Below, in pieces: positions 9,092-18,865 of a DNA stretch of 64,000 nt. Source of the stretch: Klebsiella pneumoniae (GTDB lineage Bacteria; Pseudomonadota; Gammaproteobacteria; Eutrophobiales; Eutrophobiaceae); assembly GCA_945878555.1 (NCBI GenBank), contig CAMDWI010000010.1:6559-70558 (forward strand), given 5' to 3'. Position 1 is the stretch's first letter. Each line of letters starts with the position of its first letter. Made by a program: the position numbers and the translations under genes. The notes beneath the pieces are model-generated. The model did not search any database. It was not told the origin of the DNA and worked only from the letters and a program-made list of their open reading frames with translations.

Positions 9092-10116
9092 GTACTGCAA
9101 GCACTGCAGCAACAATCACCCCGGCCGCTGCGTATGATTCCATTACGATGCTGGAGCGGGAAATTGCCAAGGTTATCGTTGGACAGCATCTGCTGGTACG
9201 CCGCCTGCTTACCGGCCTGTTTGCAGCTATCCCTTATTCCTTTACCGGGGGCAAGGTCAAGACCGGTTGTGGACATGTGTTGCTGGAAGGTGTCCCGGGT
9301 GTGGCAAAGACACTGACGGCCACCACGCTGGCTCATACAATATCGGCACAATTCCAGCGTATCCAGCTGACGCCTGATATGTTACCTGCCGACATTATCG
9401 GGACACGTATTTACGAGTCGAGTACGTCCAGTTTCCGGATTGAAAAGGGACCGGTATTTACCAATGTGTTGCTGGCCGACGAGATCAACCGCGCCACCTC
9501 CAAGACCCAGAGCGCCCTGCTTGAGGCCATGCAGGAACGCCAGGTCACTTTGGCCGACTCGACGTTTGAACTTGCGGATCCCTTCTGGGTGCTGGCTACC
9601 CAGAATCCGGTTGAACAGGAAGGTGTGTACAGCCTGCCCGAGGCGCAGCTGGATCGTTTTTGCATGATGCTGCGGGTTGGATACCCCGGTGCCGCCGAGG
9701 AAGTGGAAATGTTGCACCACCGTTTCCAGTCGCTGGATCTGGACCACCGTCTGACCACAGCCCAGGTAACTGAAACGCGGACGATGATCCGGGACACGGT
9801 CCATGTGGATGACAAGATCATGGAATATATCGTCCGTCTTGGTCGTGCTACCCGTGATCCTGGTGAAGCCGGTCTTGCCGATGTACGTGAAATGGTATTA
9901 CTCGGTATGTCACCACGTTCCTACCAGCACGTGCTCGCTCTTGCCCGGGTCAATGCCTTCATGAGTGGTCGTGATTACATGTTGCCGGCTGATGTGAAGG
10001 AAATTTTCCCGGATACCGCCAGACATCGAATTGCGAGGACAGTCAGGGCAGAGGTGGAAGGGATTGAGACAGACATGATTATCGCCAGGTTGCTGGATGC
10101 AGTACAGATCCCCTGA
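9088..10116 (+). CDS. MoxR-family AAA+ ATPase
   Basis: Walker A LEGVPGVAKT and Walker B LLADEINRA; length (342 aa) and motifs are typical of MoxR/RavA-class ATPases. It is followed by a DUF58 gene, as in canonical MoxR operons. Confidence 0.85.
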   Translation: MSTASTAATITPAAAYDSITMLEREIAKVIVGQHLLVRRLLTGLFAAIPYSFTGGKVKTGCGHVLLEGVPGVAKTLTATTLAHTISAQFQRIQLTPDMLPADIIGTRIYESSTSSFRIEKGPVFTNVLLADEINRATSKTQSALLEAMQERQVTLADSTFELADPFWVLATQNPVEQEGVYSLPEAQLDRFCMMLRVGYPGAAEEVEMLHHRFQSLDLDHRLTTAQVTETRTMIRDTVHVDDKIMEYIVRLGRATRDPGEAGLADVREMVLLGMSPRSYQHVLALARVNAFMSGRDYMLPADVKEIFPDTARHRIARTVRAEVEGIETDMIIARLLDAVQIP

Positions 10117-10128
10117 CAGGAATGCACA

Positions 10129-11010
10129 GTGCTGCCTGATCACCTGATTAGTGACCTCCGCTATATGGAGATATATACAGGACGGCGGTTTCCGAACCTG
10201 CGGGCGGGCTCCTTTCGCAGCAGGATGCGTGGCCCCGGTTTTGATTTTGATGAACACCGCGCCTACCGTGCCGGTGACGACGTGCGCCGGATAGACTGGA
10301 ATGTGACCGCACGACTGAATGCACCTTATGTACGCGAGACACATGCCGAGCGAGAACTGAACGTCATGATAGCCGTGGATGTCTCTCGCAGCATGATGCT
10401 GGGTACCGGTAAATATTCGAAAAAGGAGATCCAGTTGTTGCTGGCCGGGTGCCTGGTTTTTTCCTCATTGTCGGATCAGATCAATACCGGATTTCTCTCA
10501 TTTAGCGATCGGGTGCATGATTTTTACCCGCCGCGTCGGAACCGTGTCCAGGCCTGGCGGTTTCTGGAGCAGTTATGGGCGATGCAGCCGTCTGCAGGCG
10601 AGACAGGCATATTGTCGGCCGTCAGACATCTGGACAGCCATTTCCGCCAGGAAGGAGTCGTCTTTCTTATCTCCGATTTTCTGACGGCAGAAAATCTCGC
10701 TGAATCCCGCGAGTTAAAGATACTGGCAGCCAGACATGACATTATCGCGGTTGTTATTGAGGACGCGCTCGAACTGGAATTGCCTGGCGGTAATGCAGCT
10801 GTGGAGTTAAAGGACATGGAGACGGGACGGCGCAGGCGGATTGGATTAGATGCCTCCCAGCGGCAGCGTTATGCAGAGGCGATGCAACAACGCCGTCAGC
10901 AGCTGGTGGATGCGTTCTACCATGTCCCGATGGATTATGTGTTTGTGCGCTCGGACCAGCGCGCAGTGGAGTCATTATTGAACCTGTTTGCAGTGAGGAG
11001 GCGGATGTGA
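10129..11010 (+). CDS. DUF58-family protein (MoxR-associated, VWA-like)
   Basis: GTG start. The characteristic DUF58 N-terminal region is present (FDEHRAYRAGDDVRRIDWNVTARLNAPYVRE). It lies immediately downstream of moxR. Confidence 0.75.
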   Translation: MLPDHLISDLRYMEIYTGRRFPNLRAGSFRSRMRGPGFDFDEHRAYRAGDDVRRIDWNVTARLNAPYVRETHAERELNVMIAVDVSRSMMLGTGKYSKKEIQLLLAGCLVFSSLSDQINTGFLSFSDRVHDFYPPRRNRVQAWRFLEQLWAMQPSAGETGILSAVRHLDSHFRQEGVVFLISDFLTAENLAESRELKILAARHDIIAVVIEDALELELPGGNAAVELKDMETGRRRRIGLDASQRQRYAEAMQQRRQQLVDAFYHVPMDYVFVRSDQRAVESLLNLFAVRRRM

Positions 11011-12011
11011 AATTGACAGTGATGTTATCCGGTGTAGTGAGCCTGTTGTTACTGCTGGGCGGACCGACTGTGGCGCAACAGGCAGAGGCACCTGTGCTAC
11101 CGGGCGCAACAACCGACACGAGCAATGCCAACAGCCCGGTTCAGGTGCGACAGTGGGTAGATCGTACCGCCATTTTTCCCGGTGACAAGGTCAATTATTA
11201 TCTGGAAATCTCGGCCGCCCCTAACGTGGACATACTGTTGGATGATCTGGATGCCGGCCTGATCGAGTTGACCGGACTGGAATTCGTCAATATGGAACAG
11301 CGAACAGACGAGATTGATGGCACGCGTACCCGTCTGGTACATTATGAATTTACCACTTATGACCTGAACACACCGGTCATGCAGATAGGTGGCCAGACGG
11401 TGCGTTATTATTCCCGCAGCAATACCGCACAGTCCGGCTCTCCGGAGGGCGAAGTGGTGCTTCCACCCACGGCCGTATCATTACGCAGCACGCTCGCCGC
11501 CGAACCGCTACGGTCGAGGCTGCGTGACGGTACATCAACTGTCATAACCGCCGCCGATACCGGCTGGGTTTCAATAACCGGTCTGTTGCTGATATTGTTA
11601 TCAGCATTGCCGGTGGGAGTCTGGGCGATCAGCTGGTGGCGTCAACGGACCGAAGCCGTGCGGCAACAGGAGCAGGTCCATGCAACCGTGGTAGCTGAAC
11701 AAGGTGTCCTTGAGACCTTGCGTAGTGTGCGTTCTGAGAATGAGCCAGAGCGCCGGGCCGGGTATGATCAACTGGACAAGGTATTGCGCGACTGGCTTTT
11801 ACAATCAGGTGTCAGTCAGGGCACGACATGGACTTCAGGTGAGATGGCGCGTAAGTTGGCAGGCCACGGGCTGACGATGCCGGTGGATCAGTTGGTCGGC
11901 GTTATGGCGGATTGTGAACAGGCACGTTATGGCAGGGCTACCGATTTACCGGATGCCGGCCGCTTCCAGACCGGCGTCGAGCTGGTCCGGAGACTGTTGA
12001 TCGCGCAGTGA
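11007..12011 (+). CDS. Hypothetical membrane protein of the Bat-like cluster (possibly BatD-like)
   Basis: GTG start at 11007 preceded by GAGGAGG, overlapping the DUF58 stop. It has a signal peptide (MKLTVMLSGVVSLLLLLGGPTVAQQ), a periplasmic domain, one TM (ITGLLLILLSALPVGVWAISWW) and a cytoplasmic tail. I recognise no catalytic motif. Confidence 0.5.
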   Translation: MKLTVMLSGVVSLLLLLGGPTVAQQAEAPVLPGATTDTSNANSPVQVRQWVDRTAIFPGDKVNYYLEISAAPNVDILLDDLDAGLIELTGLEFVNMEQRTDEIDGTRTRLVHYEFTTYDLNTPVMQIGGQTVRYYSRSNTAQSGSPEGEVVLPPTAVSLRSTLAAEPLRSRLRDGTSTVITAADTGWVSITGLLLILLSALPVGVWAISWWRQRTEAVRQQEQVHATVVAEQGVLETLRSVRSENEPERRAGYDQLDKVLRDWLLQSGVSQGTTWTSGEMARKLAGHGLTMPVDQLVGVMADCEQARYGRATDLPDAGRFQTGVELVRRLLIAQ

Positions 12012-13027
12012 TGCCGCTGATCTTCCTCGAGCCACAGTTTATCTGGGTGCTGCCGTTACTGGCCATCCTTGGTCTGCTCTGGCGATTTTTCCGCAGGTCG
12101 AATTATATAGCGATAACGACACTCACGTGGCTGGATCCTGTTGTAGACAAAACCTCACTCTGGCGGCGTCTGCCTTCCATACTGATATTGCTGGCAACCG
12201 TGCTGATTGTGCTGGCGTTGATGGGCCCGGTTGTACCCTACACTGAACAGCAGGTCGAGTCCGAGGGACTGGATATTGCGATTGTGCTTGACCTGTCTGC
12301 CAGTATGCAGGAGGTGATGGACCGCAAGGAACCGCCACCCGGAACCCGGGTGGACCGGCGACTGGAAAAGATGACGATGGAGCAGGAAGGCAAGACCAGA
12401 CTGGTTACAACGCTGGATGCCTTGCGATTGTTTATTAATAGTCGGCGCGAAGACCGGATTGCCCTCATCGTATTTTCAGACAATGCCTATGTGGTCAGTC
12501 CATTAACCTTCGATTATGACTATTTGCTACAGTATCTCGATATGATCGATGCGAATATCCTGCAGGGCGAGGGCATGACCGCCATTGGTGACGGTATTGC
12601 ACTTGCAAATTACCTGCTTGACAGACAACGCGAGGACCCGCCACGTAGCCAGGTGATTGCTGTCTTTACTGATGGTGAGCACAACATTGGTCGGGAACCG
12701 GTCGAGGTGCTGGGCGAATCGAATGCAGTCGGCATACGTTTCCATGTAGTCGGGGTTGATCTGGAGGAGAAGATCAAGAGTAATGAGCCGGTCAAAAATC
12801 TGATTGGGGCAGTAACAGGCTATGGCGGGCGGTATTTTGATGCGAATACCGAGAGCGAGTTATTTGAGGCATCCAGGACTATCTCCGGCCTGGAGAAGGT
12901 CCAGCTGGTCAGTCGCGAGTACGTTCGCCATTCCCCCGTGTTTCACTGGTTTGCCTTGCCCGCTGGCCTGTTAGTGCTGATGGCGTTTGCCTTGAGAACC
13001 AACTCTTACTTTACCGATTTCACCTGA
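12011..13027 (+). CDS. VWA-domain membrane protein (BatA/BatB-like)
   Basis: Starts ATG at 12011 (or GTG at 12008) and overlaps the upstream stop. N-terminal TMs, then a VWA domain with IAIVLDLSASMQE, and a C-terminal TM. Confidence 0.75.
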   Translation: MPLIFLEPQFIWVLPLLAILGLLWRFFRRSNYIAITTLTWLDPVVDKTSLWRRLPSILILLATVLIVLALMGPVVPYTEQQVESEGLDIAIVLDLSASMQEVMDRKEPPPGTRVDRRLEKMTMEQEGKTRLVTTLDALRLFINSRREDRIALIVFSDNAYVVSPLTFDYDYLLQYLDMIDANILQGEGMTAIGDGIALANYLLDRQREDPPRSQVIAVFTDGEHNIGREPVEVLGESNAVGIRFHVVGVDLEEKIKSNEPVKNLIGAVTGYGGRYFDANTESELFEASRTISGLEKVQLVSREYVRHSPVFHWFALPAGLLVLMAFALRTNSYFTDFT

Positions 13028-13255
13028 GGTCACATTTAATTCATAATCCGGGTATTGATGATTTACGGGGATAGACGCCGGTTATTATTAAATTAAATTT
13101 AAAAAAATCAATTACATAGGATTGTTTTTATCAGATGTGCATCCATGGTTTACAGTGTTTTTCAAAAAATGGCGAGCCGATTATAAATAATGGTAAACTC
13201 CAAAAACCGATGTAATAGTCGGTATTTTTGTCCAGATTGATGTAACCGAAGGGGA

Positions 13256-14398
13256 ATGACCAAAATGAATATCAGATCCACAATACTTAAAGCAGCCGCG
13301 CTGCTGCTGTGCCTGACGCTGGGCAACGCGTATGCGCAAAACGGCGAAGGAGAGGATAATGATCGTCTCGAACGCGTGGGCCCGACCATGTGGCGCGTGC
13401 GTCCAACCGAATCGCCGTATGAAAACTGGTTTGCCGCCAACAAGGACAAGATGCCGCATTATGCTGGTCTCTTGATCCAGGATGCCCGTACCGAACCGCT
13501 TAACCAGCGTTGGGAGCAGTTTGGTGTTAACGGTTTGTACATCAAGATGGCCGACTACCAGATCACAGATGGCTGGTTGCTGGAAATTCCGGCAAAGGGC
13601 GAGATGAAACCACAGCGGCACATGTTTGAGGCTGGTCTGTATTTCTTCGGCGGCCCGGGCCATATTATCCTGCAACAGGAAGGCAAGCGTCCGCAGCGGG
13701 TGGATTTCAAATATCGCACGCTGTTCTCGGTACCGATGAACGTCCGTTACCAGATTTTTAACGATAGTGACAAGCCGGTGCGTATGGTGGCTGTAACCAG
13801 CTTCCCGTTCATGTTGAATGCGACCAACAGCGAGAAGTTCGTCTGGGAAAACGATTTTGCGTTCACTGATCGTTATGACGCCGAAGAAGATTTTGCGACC
13901 TACAGCGAACATACCGGTGCCAATGACACAGTCACCAACGTCGTACCGGATGCGGTTGAATTTGAACTGGATTCCTACGACCATCGTGGCAAGGGTACAA
14001 CGAACATGCACTGGAAGATGGCCGGTAACTCGGTACTCGACATGCACGTATCAGAAATGCCTGCCGGCGTGTTCAAGAAGGCCCACCGCCACAGTTCAGA
14101 CGCCTTTATTCTGTTGACCTCAGGCAAGGGTTATTCAATCACCTGGCCAGAAGGTCAGTATGAAAAACGGGTACGTGTAGACTGGCAGGAAGGAACAATC
14201 TTTGTTCCACCAATATACTGGTACCATCAGCATTACAACCCGGAACCGGAAGGTTCGGCACGGTATATGGCGATCAACGCACCACCGATCGTTGTAAACC
14301 TGGGTCTGCGGTTCAACGACCAGCTTGAGACTGATTTGCCTGAAGTCGAGGCCGAGTTCAAGGCTGAAGTCGAGAAGCGCAAGAACAACAAACAGTAA
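13256..14398 (+). CDS. Secreted bicupin-family protein (two cupin domains; paralog of 17742-18857 and 41675-42895)
   Basis: The signal peptide (MTKMNIRSTILKAAALLLCLTLGNAYAQ) is unusual for a cupin dioxygenase. The C-terminal cupin has the motifs KKAHRHSSDAFILLTSGKG and IYWYHQHYN. Overall it is collinear with the other two bicupin ORFs. Confidence 0.7.
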   Translation: MTKMNIRSTILKAAALLLCLTLGNAYAQNGEGEDNDRLERVGPTMWRVRPTESPYENWFAANKDKMPHYAGLLIQDARTEPLNQRWEQFGVNGLYIKMADYQITDGWLLEIPAKGEMKPQRHMFEAGLYFFGGPGHIILQQEGKRPQRVDFKYRTLFSVPMNVRYQIFNDSDKPVRMVAVTSFPFMLNATNSEKFVWENDFAFTDRYDAEEDFATYSEHTGANDTVTNVVPDAVEFELDSYDHRGKGTTNMHWKMAGNSVLDMHVSEMPAGVFKKAHRHSSDAFILLTSGKGYSITWPEGQYEKRVRVDWQEGTIFVPPIYWYHQHYNPEPEGSARYMAINAPPIVVNLGLRFNDQLETDLPEVEAEFKAEVEKRKNNKQ

Positions 14399-14421
14399 AT
14401 CTGTAACAGTTGTTCAAGATA

Positions 14422-14454
14422 GGCCATGCCGGTTTAACCGGCATGGCTTTTTTT
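14422..14454 (+). terminator. Rho-independent terminator (GGCCATGCCGG-tttaa-CCGGCATGGC + T7)
   Basis: Perfect 10-bp stem followed by TTTTTTT, read from the sequence 24 nt after the bicupin stop. Confidence 0.8.
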
Positions 14455-14726
14455 ATGTCCGCTCATCTAGCAGGTAAATGTCAGTGCATGCCCGCGCAGC
14501 ACAAAGGCAGAATACTCTTCGCAAAACGGCAAGGAAATAAAACACGGGCTGATTAGTGTATTGTTGCTTATCTACTACAGTGTCAATTATAACTTGATTT
14601 TCAGTCACAATAGTTGTAATTTCATGCGTCTGTATTATTTATACGTCATTAATGAGGCCAAACCGGAACCACCGGTCTGGTGAAATGGCGGTTAGATTTT
14701 TTTTATAACCAAAGAGGGGAAGTACT

Positions 14727-17450
14727 ATGCCCATAACATCTAGCTTTAAATACCGGACCGTGCTCGGCACAGTGATCGCCACTGTACTGGGTGTCAGCCC
14801 GAACCTTTCGCAGGCCCAGGCACTGGAAGAAATTGTGGTAACCGCCCAGCGCCGCGAGCAGTCCTTGCAGGAAGTCCCAATTTCAATCGAGACCTTCAGC
14901 GGTGCCCAGATTCAGGAACAGGGCTTCCGTAATATGGAAGACATCTCGACCTTTTCACCTGGCGTGTTTGTACAGTCCGGTGTGCAGGATCAGCAGGTAT
15001 CAGTACGTGGTTTCGGCACCATCGGTAACTCTCTTACTCTTGAGCAGGCTGTTCCAATCTTCCTCGACGGCATACACTATGGTCGTCAATCCCAGATCAA
15101 GACCGCGTTTCTTGACGTGGATCGCGTTGAAGTACTGAAGGGACCGCAGCCGGTATTCTTTGGTCAGAGCGCCTCTGCTGGTGCGTTTAACATCCGCAGC
15201 AAGGGACCAACCGATACCTGGGAAGGTGATGTCAATCTCGAACTCGGCAACAACGGCACGTTTGAAGGCAGTGCCGGTGCCGGTGGCCCAATCAATGATA
15301 CCTGGGGTATCCGAGTCGCCGCTGTCAAGGAAGTATCTGACGGCTTTCTGACCAATGCCATTACCGAAGACAAGTATCCGCGTTATGACTATCGTGGTGG
15401 AAGAATTACCCTGGCTTACACCCCTAACGAGGATTTCGAGGCTATCTCCAAATTTGATTATTCCAGACTGCGCAACGGTTCCGAAGCGGTTCTGGGTTGT
15501 CTGACTGATGGTACCCTGGTGCATGGTCGGAATGGACCATTCAATACTACTACGGGTGCGTTTGTAGCACCAAATGCCATAACTCCAGGTTCTGATCAGG
15601 CCATCTGGGATGATGCTCCCCGTGGTGTAGGCATGAACATACCGCATCTGCCTATTTCTGAAGACTGTTTTGAAGGTGATGTGGGTCTGAGTAACGAAGG
15701 TCCTTACTTCCAGCCGCCGGATACTATCCGCGAGCAGGAAATGGTTCGTGGGTTTCTGGATGTACGTGAAGCCGCTAACGGGTTTGCCTCCGTGGGTGAA
15801 GATGGTATCGAAGGTTTTGATACCGACGGTATCCTTGGCAAGGACTTTACTGATGCCTGGAGTGGCAACCTGAACCTGATCTATACGCTGGGTAACGATA
15901 TAGAGATCAACTGGCTGACCGGTTATAACTCCTACTGGCGCAGCTCGGTCAAGGACAACCGTCATGTACCTTTCCTGACCAACTATCAGGGCCGTGAAGA
16001 AAACTTTGATCAGTGGAGTTCAGAGTTACGCTTTACCTCCCCGACCGGTGGCACCATAGAATGGATGGGTGGTTTCGCCTGGCAGGATACCGCGAAGGAT
16101 AACTACTCTTCCAGTCTGCGTCCGAACTCATTCCGTGGCCAGCGCTTCAATTATCTGTGGGAAGATGTGACCTGGTTGAACGCATTTGCAACCGTTACCT
16201 TTAATTTCATGGATGACAAGGCCTCGCTGGATATCGGTGCCCGCTATTCGGATATCGAAAAAGATGTCTTTATCACCGGTTATACATCTCAGTGGATATA
16301 CGATGTTGAACCAGTATCTGAAGCGCGGAGAGTCAGGGTCAATGCAGCAGATGCGAGAATCTATACCGAGGGTGCCAACCTGAGCAATCTGTGGACCGTA
16401 CCTTTCCGTGCCTCGCGTAACGTTCCTCTGGAATGGTTCCCGTCGCGTGCCTCCGCTGTTGGTCTGACCGCGCCTGATTTCACCACCAGACTGTGTGATG
16501 AAGTGGATGATTGTGCGCCGCTGACAGAGAATTTTTCAGACAGCTTTATCGATCCGACCATCACCCTGCGTTACCGCCTGAACGATGATCACTCATTGTT
16601 TGCTCGTTTTGCCGAGGCCGCCAAGGCCGCCGGTTACGATACCGGACAGACCTCTATCCCGGCCAACCTGGATGAGATGCGGTTCGAAAATGAACTTGGC
16701 AGATCATTTGAAATCGGTTCAAAGGGTACCTTGTGGGACAGCCGTGTCAGATACGACGTGGCGCTGTTCAGGACAGACTTTATCGACCTGCAGTTGTCGG
16801 GTCTGGCACCTTTGTCAAATGATGAGTCAACCTCGGTCAGTCTGAATGCCGGTAAACAGCGTGTACAGGGTCTGGAGTTTGCGTTCCAGGCAGCGGCTAC
16901 CGACAATCTGACACTTGGTGTCCAGGGCGCGTTGATGGATGGCGAGATGGTCGAGTTCGACGGTTCCGGCTGTAACGAGACCGAGTTGTTCAACACAGTC
17001 TATGGCCTTAACACGCCGGGAGTACTGCCTTGTGTACTGGATACGCCGGACGGCGAAGACTTCGAGCGTACCGATCGATCAGGTACCGAGGCCCCGCGTA
17101 CACCGGACTGGAAGTTTGTGGGTGATGTCCGTTATACACTTCCGGTTTGGGATAATTATGAGTTCCTGTTTATCGCCAAGGGATATGTCTCGGATGGTTA
17201 CATTACCGCACGTGACTCGTTCTCAAGCACCGTCAAGTACAACCAGCATGGTGACCTGAACCTGCAGCTCGGTTTTGGTCCCCAGGACGGCACCTGGAAG
17301 TTGACCAGTTATGCGAACAACATCTTCGAGGCAAGGGAGTCGTATAATCCCGAGTTCGATCTGGCCCCTGGTGGTCTTACGACCGTACAGGTCACGCGGT
17401 CAAACTTCATGACCTATGGTGTCAGGTTTAACTACAACTTTAGTGAGTAA
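14727..17450 (+). CDS. TonB-dependent outer-membrane receptor
   Basis: 907 aa. It has a signal peptide and a plug-domain N-terminus (ALEEIVVTAQRREQSLQEVPISIETFSG) typical of proteobacterial TBDRs. The C-terminal Phe-containing beta-strand ends ...RFNYNFSE. The RBS is GAGGGGAAG. Confidence 0.9.
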   Translation: MPITSSFKYRTVLGTVIATVLGVSPNLSQAQALEEIVVTAQRREQSLQEVPISIETFSGAQIQEQGFRNMEDISTFSPGVFVQSGVQDQQVSVRGFGTIGNSLTLEQAVPIFLDGIHYGRQSQIKTAFLDVDRVEVLKGPQPVFFGQSASAGAFNIRSKGPTDTWEGDVNLELGNNGTFEGSAGAGGPINDTWGIRVAAVKEVSDGFLTNAITEDKYPRYDYRGGRITLAYTPNEDFEAISKFDYSRLRNGSEAVLGCLTDGTLVHGRNGPFNTTTGAFVAPNAITPGSDQAIWDDAPRGVGMNIPHLPISEDCFEGDVGLSNEGPYFQPPDTIREQEMVRGFLDVREAANGFASVGEDGIEGFDTDGILGKDFTDAWSGNLNLIYTLGNDIEINWLTGYNSYWRSSVKDNRHVPFLTNYQGREENFDQWSSELRFTSPTGGTIEWMGGFAWQDTAKDNYSSSLRPNSFRGQRFNYLWEDVTWLNAFATVTFNFMDDKASLDIGARYSDIEKDVFITGYTSQWIYDVEPVSEARRVRVNAADARIYTEGANLSNLWTVPFRASRNVPLEWFPSRASAVGLTAPDFTTRLCDEVDDCAPLTENFSDSFIDPTITLRYRLNDDHSLFARFAEAAKAAGYDTGQTSIPANLDEMRFENELGRSFEIGSKGTLWDSRVRYDVALFRTDFIDLQLSGLAPLSNDESTSVSLNAGKQRVQGLEFAFQAAATDNLTLGVQGALMDGEMVEFDGSGCNETELFNTVYGLNTPGVLPCVLDTPDGEDFERTDRSGTEAPRTPDWKFVGDVRYTLPVWDNYEFLFIAKGYVSDGYITARDSFSSTVKYNQHGDLNLQLGFGPQDGTWKLTSYANNIFEARESYNPEFDLAPGGLTTVQVTRSNFMTYGVRFNYNFSE

Positions 17451-17485
17451 GCAATAATCACAAGTAGTACGAAGTAATTAGATTA

Positions 17486-17518
17486 GCCGGGGCATGCCAA
17501 GTGCCCCGGCTTTTTTTT
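17486..17518 (+). terminator. Rho-independent terminator (GCCGGGGCA-tgccaagt-GCCCCGGC + T8)
   Basis: A strong GC stem followed by TTTTTTTT, directly after the TBDR stop. Confidence 0.85.
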
Positions 17519-17741
17519 GCGTATTAACATGGGCATGTCCCGCCATCCAGCCAAGTCTGCTTGATGCAGACACACCGTCCGGCTATAATCTTCAGGCTGA
17601 TAATGTCATCCATAACAAGACATTATGCACACTGAAAATCATCCCTTTCCCGTCCGGAACGATGATATTTCTCCAAGGTCAGCACTAGTCTGTACGGTCT
17701 GGTGCCTGCCGTTTAATCCAGAACAGAACGAGGAAGTACTC

Positions 17742-18857
17742 ATGGCCAAAGACGCAATTGTCTCCGAAGAAATGGCGAAAAAATTCGCCAGTGAAAAGGA
17801 AACTCCCTACACCCGCTGGGTGAAAAATGAAGGCCTCGATATCATCGACGCCATGTATGTCCCTGATCTGTATAACGTCGAATTGAAGCCCTGGGCCAGC
17901 CGCAACGGCCACGGTGTATTTATCAACCATGATGCGTCCAGGACCACGAATGACTCTTACGTTTGTGAAATCGACCCGGGCCAGAAACTGACCCCGCAAC
18001 GTCAGTTGTTCGAAGAAACCATCATGATACTGAGTGGCCGCGGTTCAACCACGGTCTGGAACGATGCGGGCAAGAAGGTATCATTCGAGTGGCAGGCAGG
18101 TTCGCTGTTCGCTGTGCCGCTGAATACCTGGCACCAGCACTACAATGGTTCCGGCAAGGAAAAGGCACGTTTTATCTCTGTGACCAATCTGCCGCCGATT
18201 ATGAATATCTATGAAGACCCGAACTTTATCTTCAATACCTCTTATGACTTCAAGGGCCGTTTCTCCGGTGAGGCGGACTACTTTGCAGCCAAGCAGGAGA
18301 TGAGTGGTCTGTTACTGGAGACAAATTTTGTGGCCGATGCGGTAAATCTGCCGCTGATCGAGGCGAAGGAGCGCGGCGCAGGTGGTGGTCATATCCGTTT
18401 CAATTTTGCGAAGAGCTCGCTGAATAGTCATATCTCCGAATTTCCGGTCGGTACCTACAAGAAGGCCCATGCACACGGCCCAGGCGCATACGTGATCACA
18501 CTGGCAGGCGAAGGCTACTGTCTGCTGTGGGCGGAAGGCGAAGAGCCAAAACCGTATTACTGGAAGAAAGGCACACTGATTACCCCACCAACGATGTGGT
18601 ATCACCAGTGGTTCAATACCGGCACCACACCGGCACGTTATCTGGCCTACAAGTACGAAGGCGTTGCAATTCGTAATTCACAGGGCGTACCCAAGGCCTG
18701 GATTAGCCGTCGCATTGGCGGTCATCAGATTGACTATGCGGATGAGAGCCGTCAGGTACGTACCATGTTTGCCGATGCACTGGCAGCCAAGGGTATGACA
18801 CCGAAGATGGATGCCGCCTACGAGGCTGAAAAGGCAACATTACCACCGCTGTCATAA
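17742..18857 (+). CDS. Bicupin-family protein (cupin-type; gentisate-1,2-dioxygenase-like architecture), cytoplasmic paralog
   Basis: ORF 17625..18857. I prefer the ATG at 17742 (MAKDAIVSEEM...) because it is preceded by GAGGAAG and aligns with the N-terminus of paralog 41675-42895. The cupin motifs are WHQHYN, KAHAHGPGAYVITLAGEG and MWYHQWFN. There is no signal peptide. Confidence 0.7.
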   Translation: MAKDAIVSEEMAKKFASEKETPYTRWVKNEGLDIIDAMYVPDLYNVELKPWASRNGHGVFINHDASRTTNDSYVCEIDPGQKLTPQRQLFEETIMILSGRGSTTVWNDAGKKVSFEWQAGSLFAVPLNTWHQHYNGSGKEKARFISVTNLPPIMNIYEDPNFIFNTSYDFKGRFSGEADYFAAKQEMSGLLLETNFVADAVNLPLIEAKERGAGGGHIRFNFAKSSLNSHISEFPVGTYKKAHAHGPGAYVITLAGEGYCLLWAEGEEPKPYYWKKGTLITPPTMWYHQWFNTGTTPARYLAYKYEGVAIRNSQGVPKAWISRRIGGHQIDYADESRQVRTMFADALAAKGMTPKMDAAYEAEKATLPPLS

Positions 18858-18865
18858 TCAGCTTT

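Noticed and set aside
13181-14047. 288-aa minus-strand ORF overlapping the secreted bicupin gene
   Set aside because: It is antisense to a gene with clear cupin motifs and a flanking terminator; it has no RBS and no family signal.
14455-14726. Possible riboswitch or regulatory RNA in the 270-nt AT-rich leader upstream of the TonB-dependent receptor
   Set aside because: I found no conserved riboswitch core (for example a cobalamin B12 box or TPP motif). I saw only weak partial inverted repeats; this is probably a promoter or operator region, not a structured RNA.
15000-15965. 321-aa minus-strand ORF inside the TonB-dependent receptor gene
   Set aside because: It is antisense to a confidently called TBDR and looks like a spurious long ORF.
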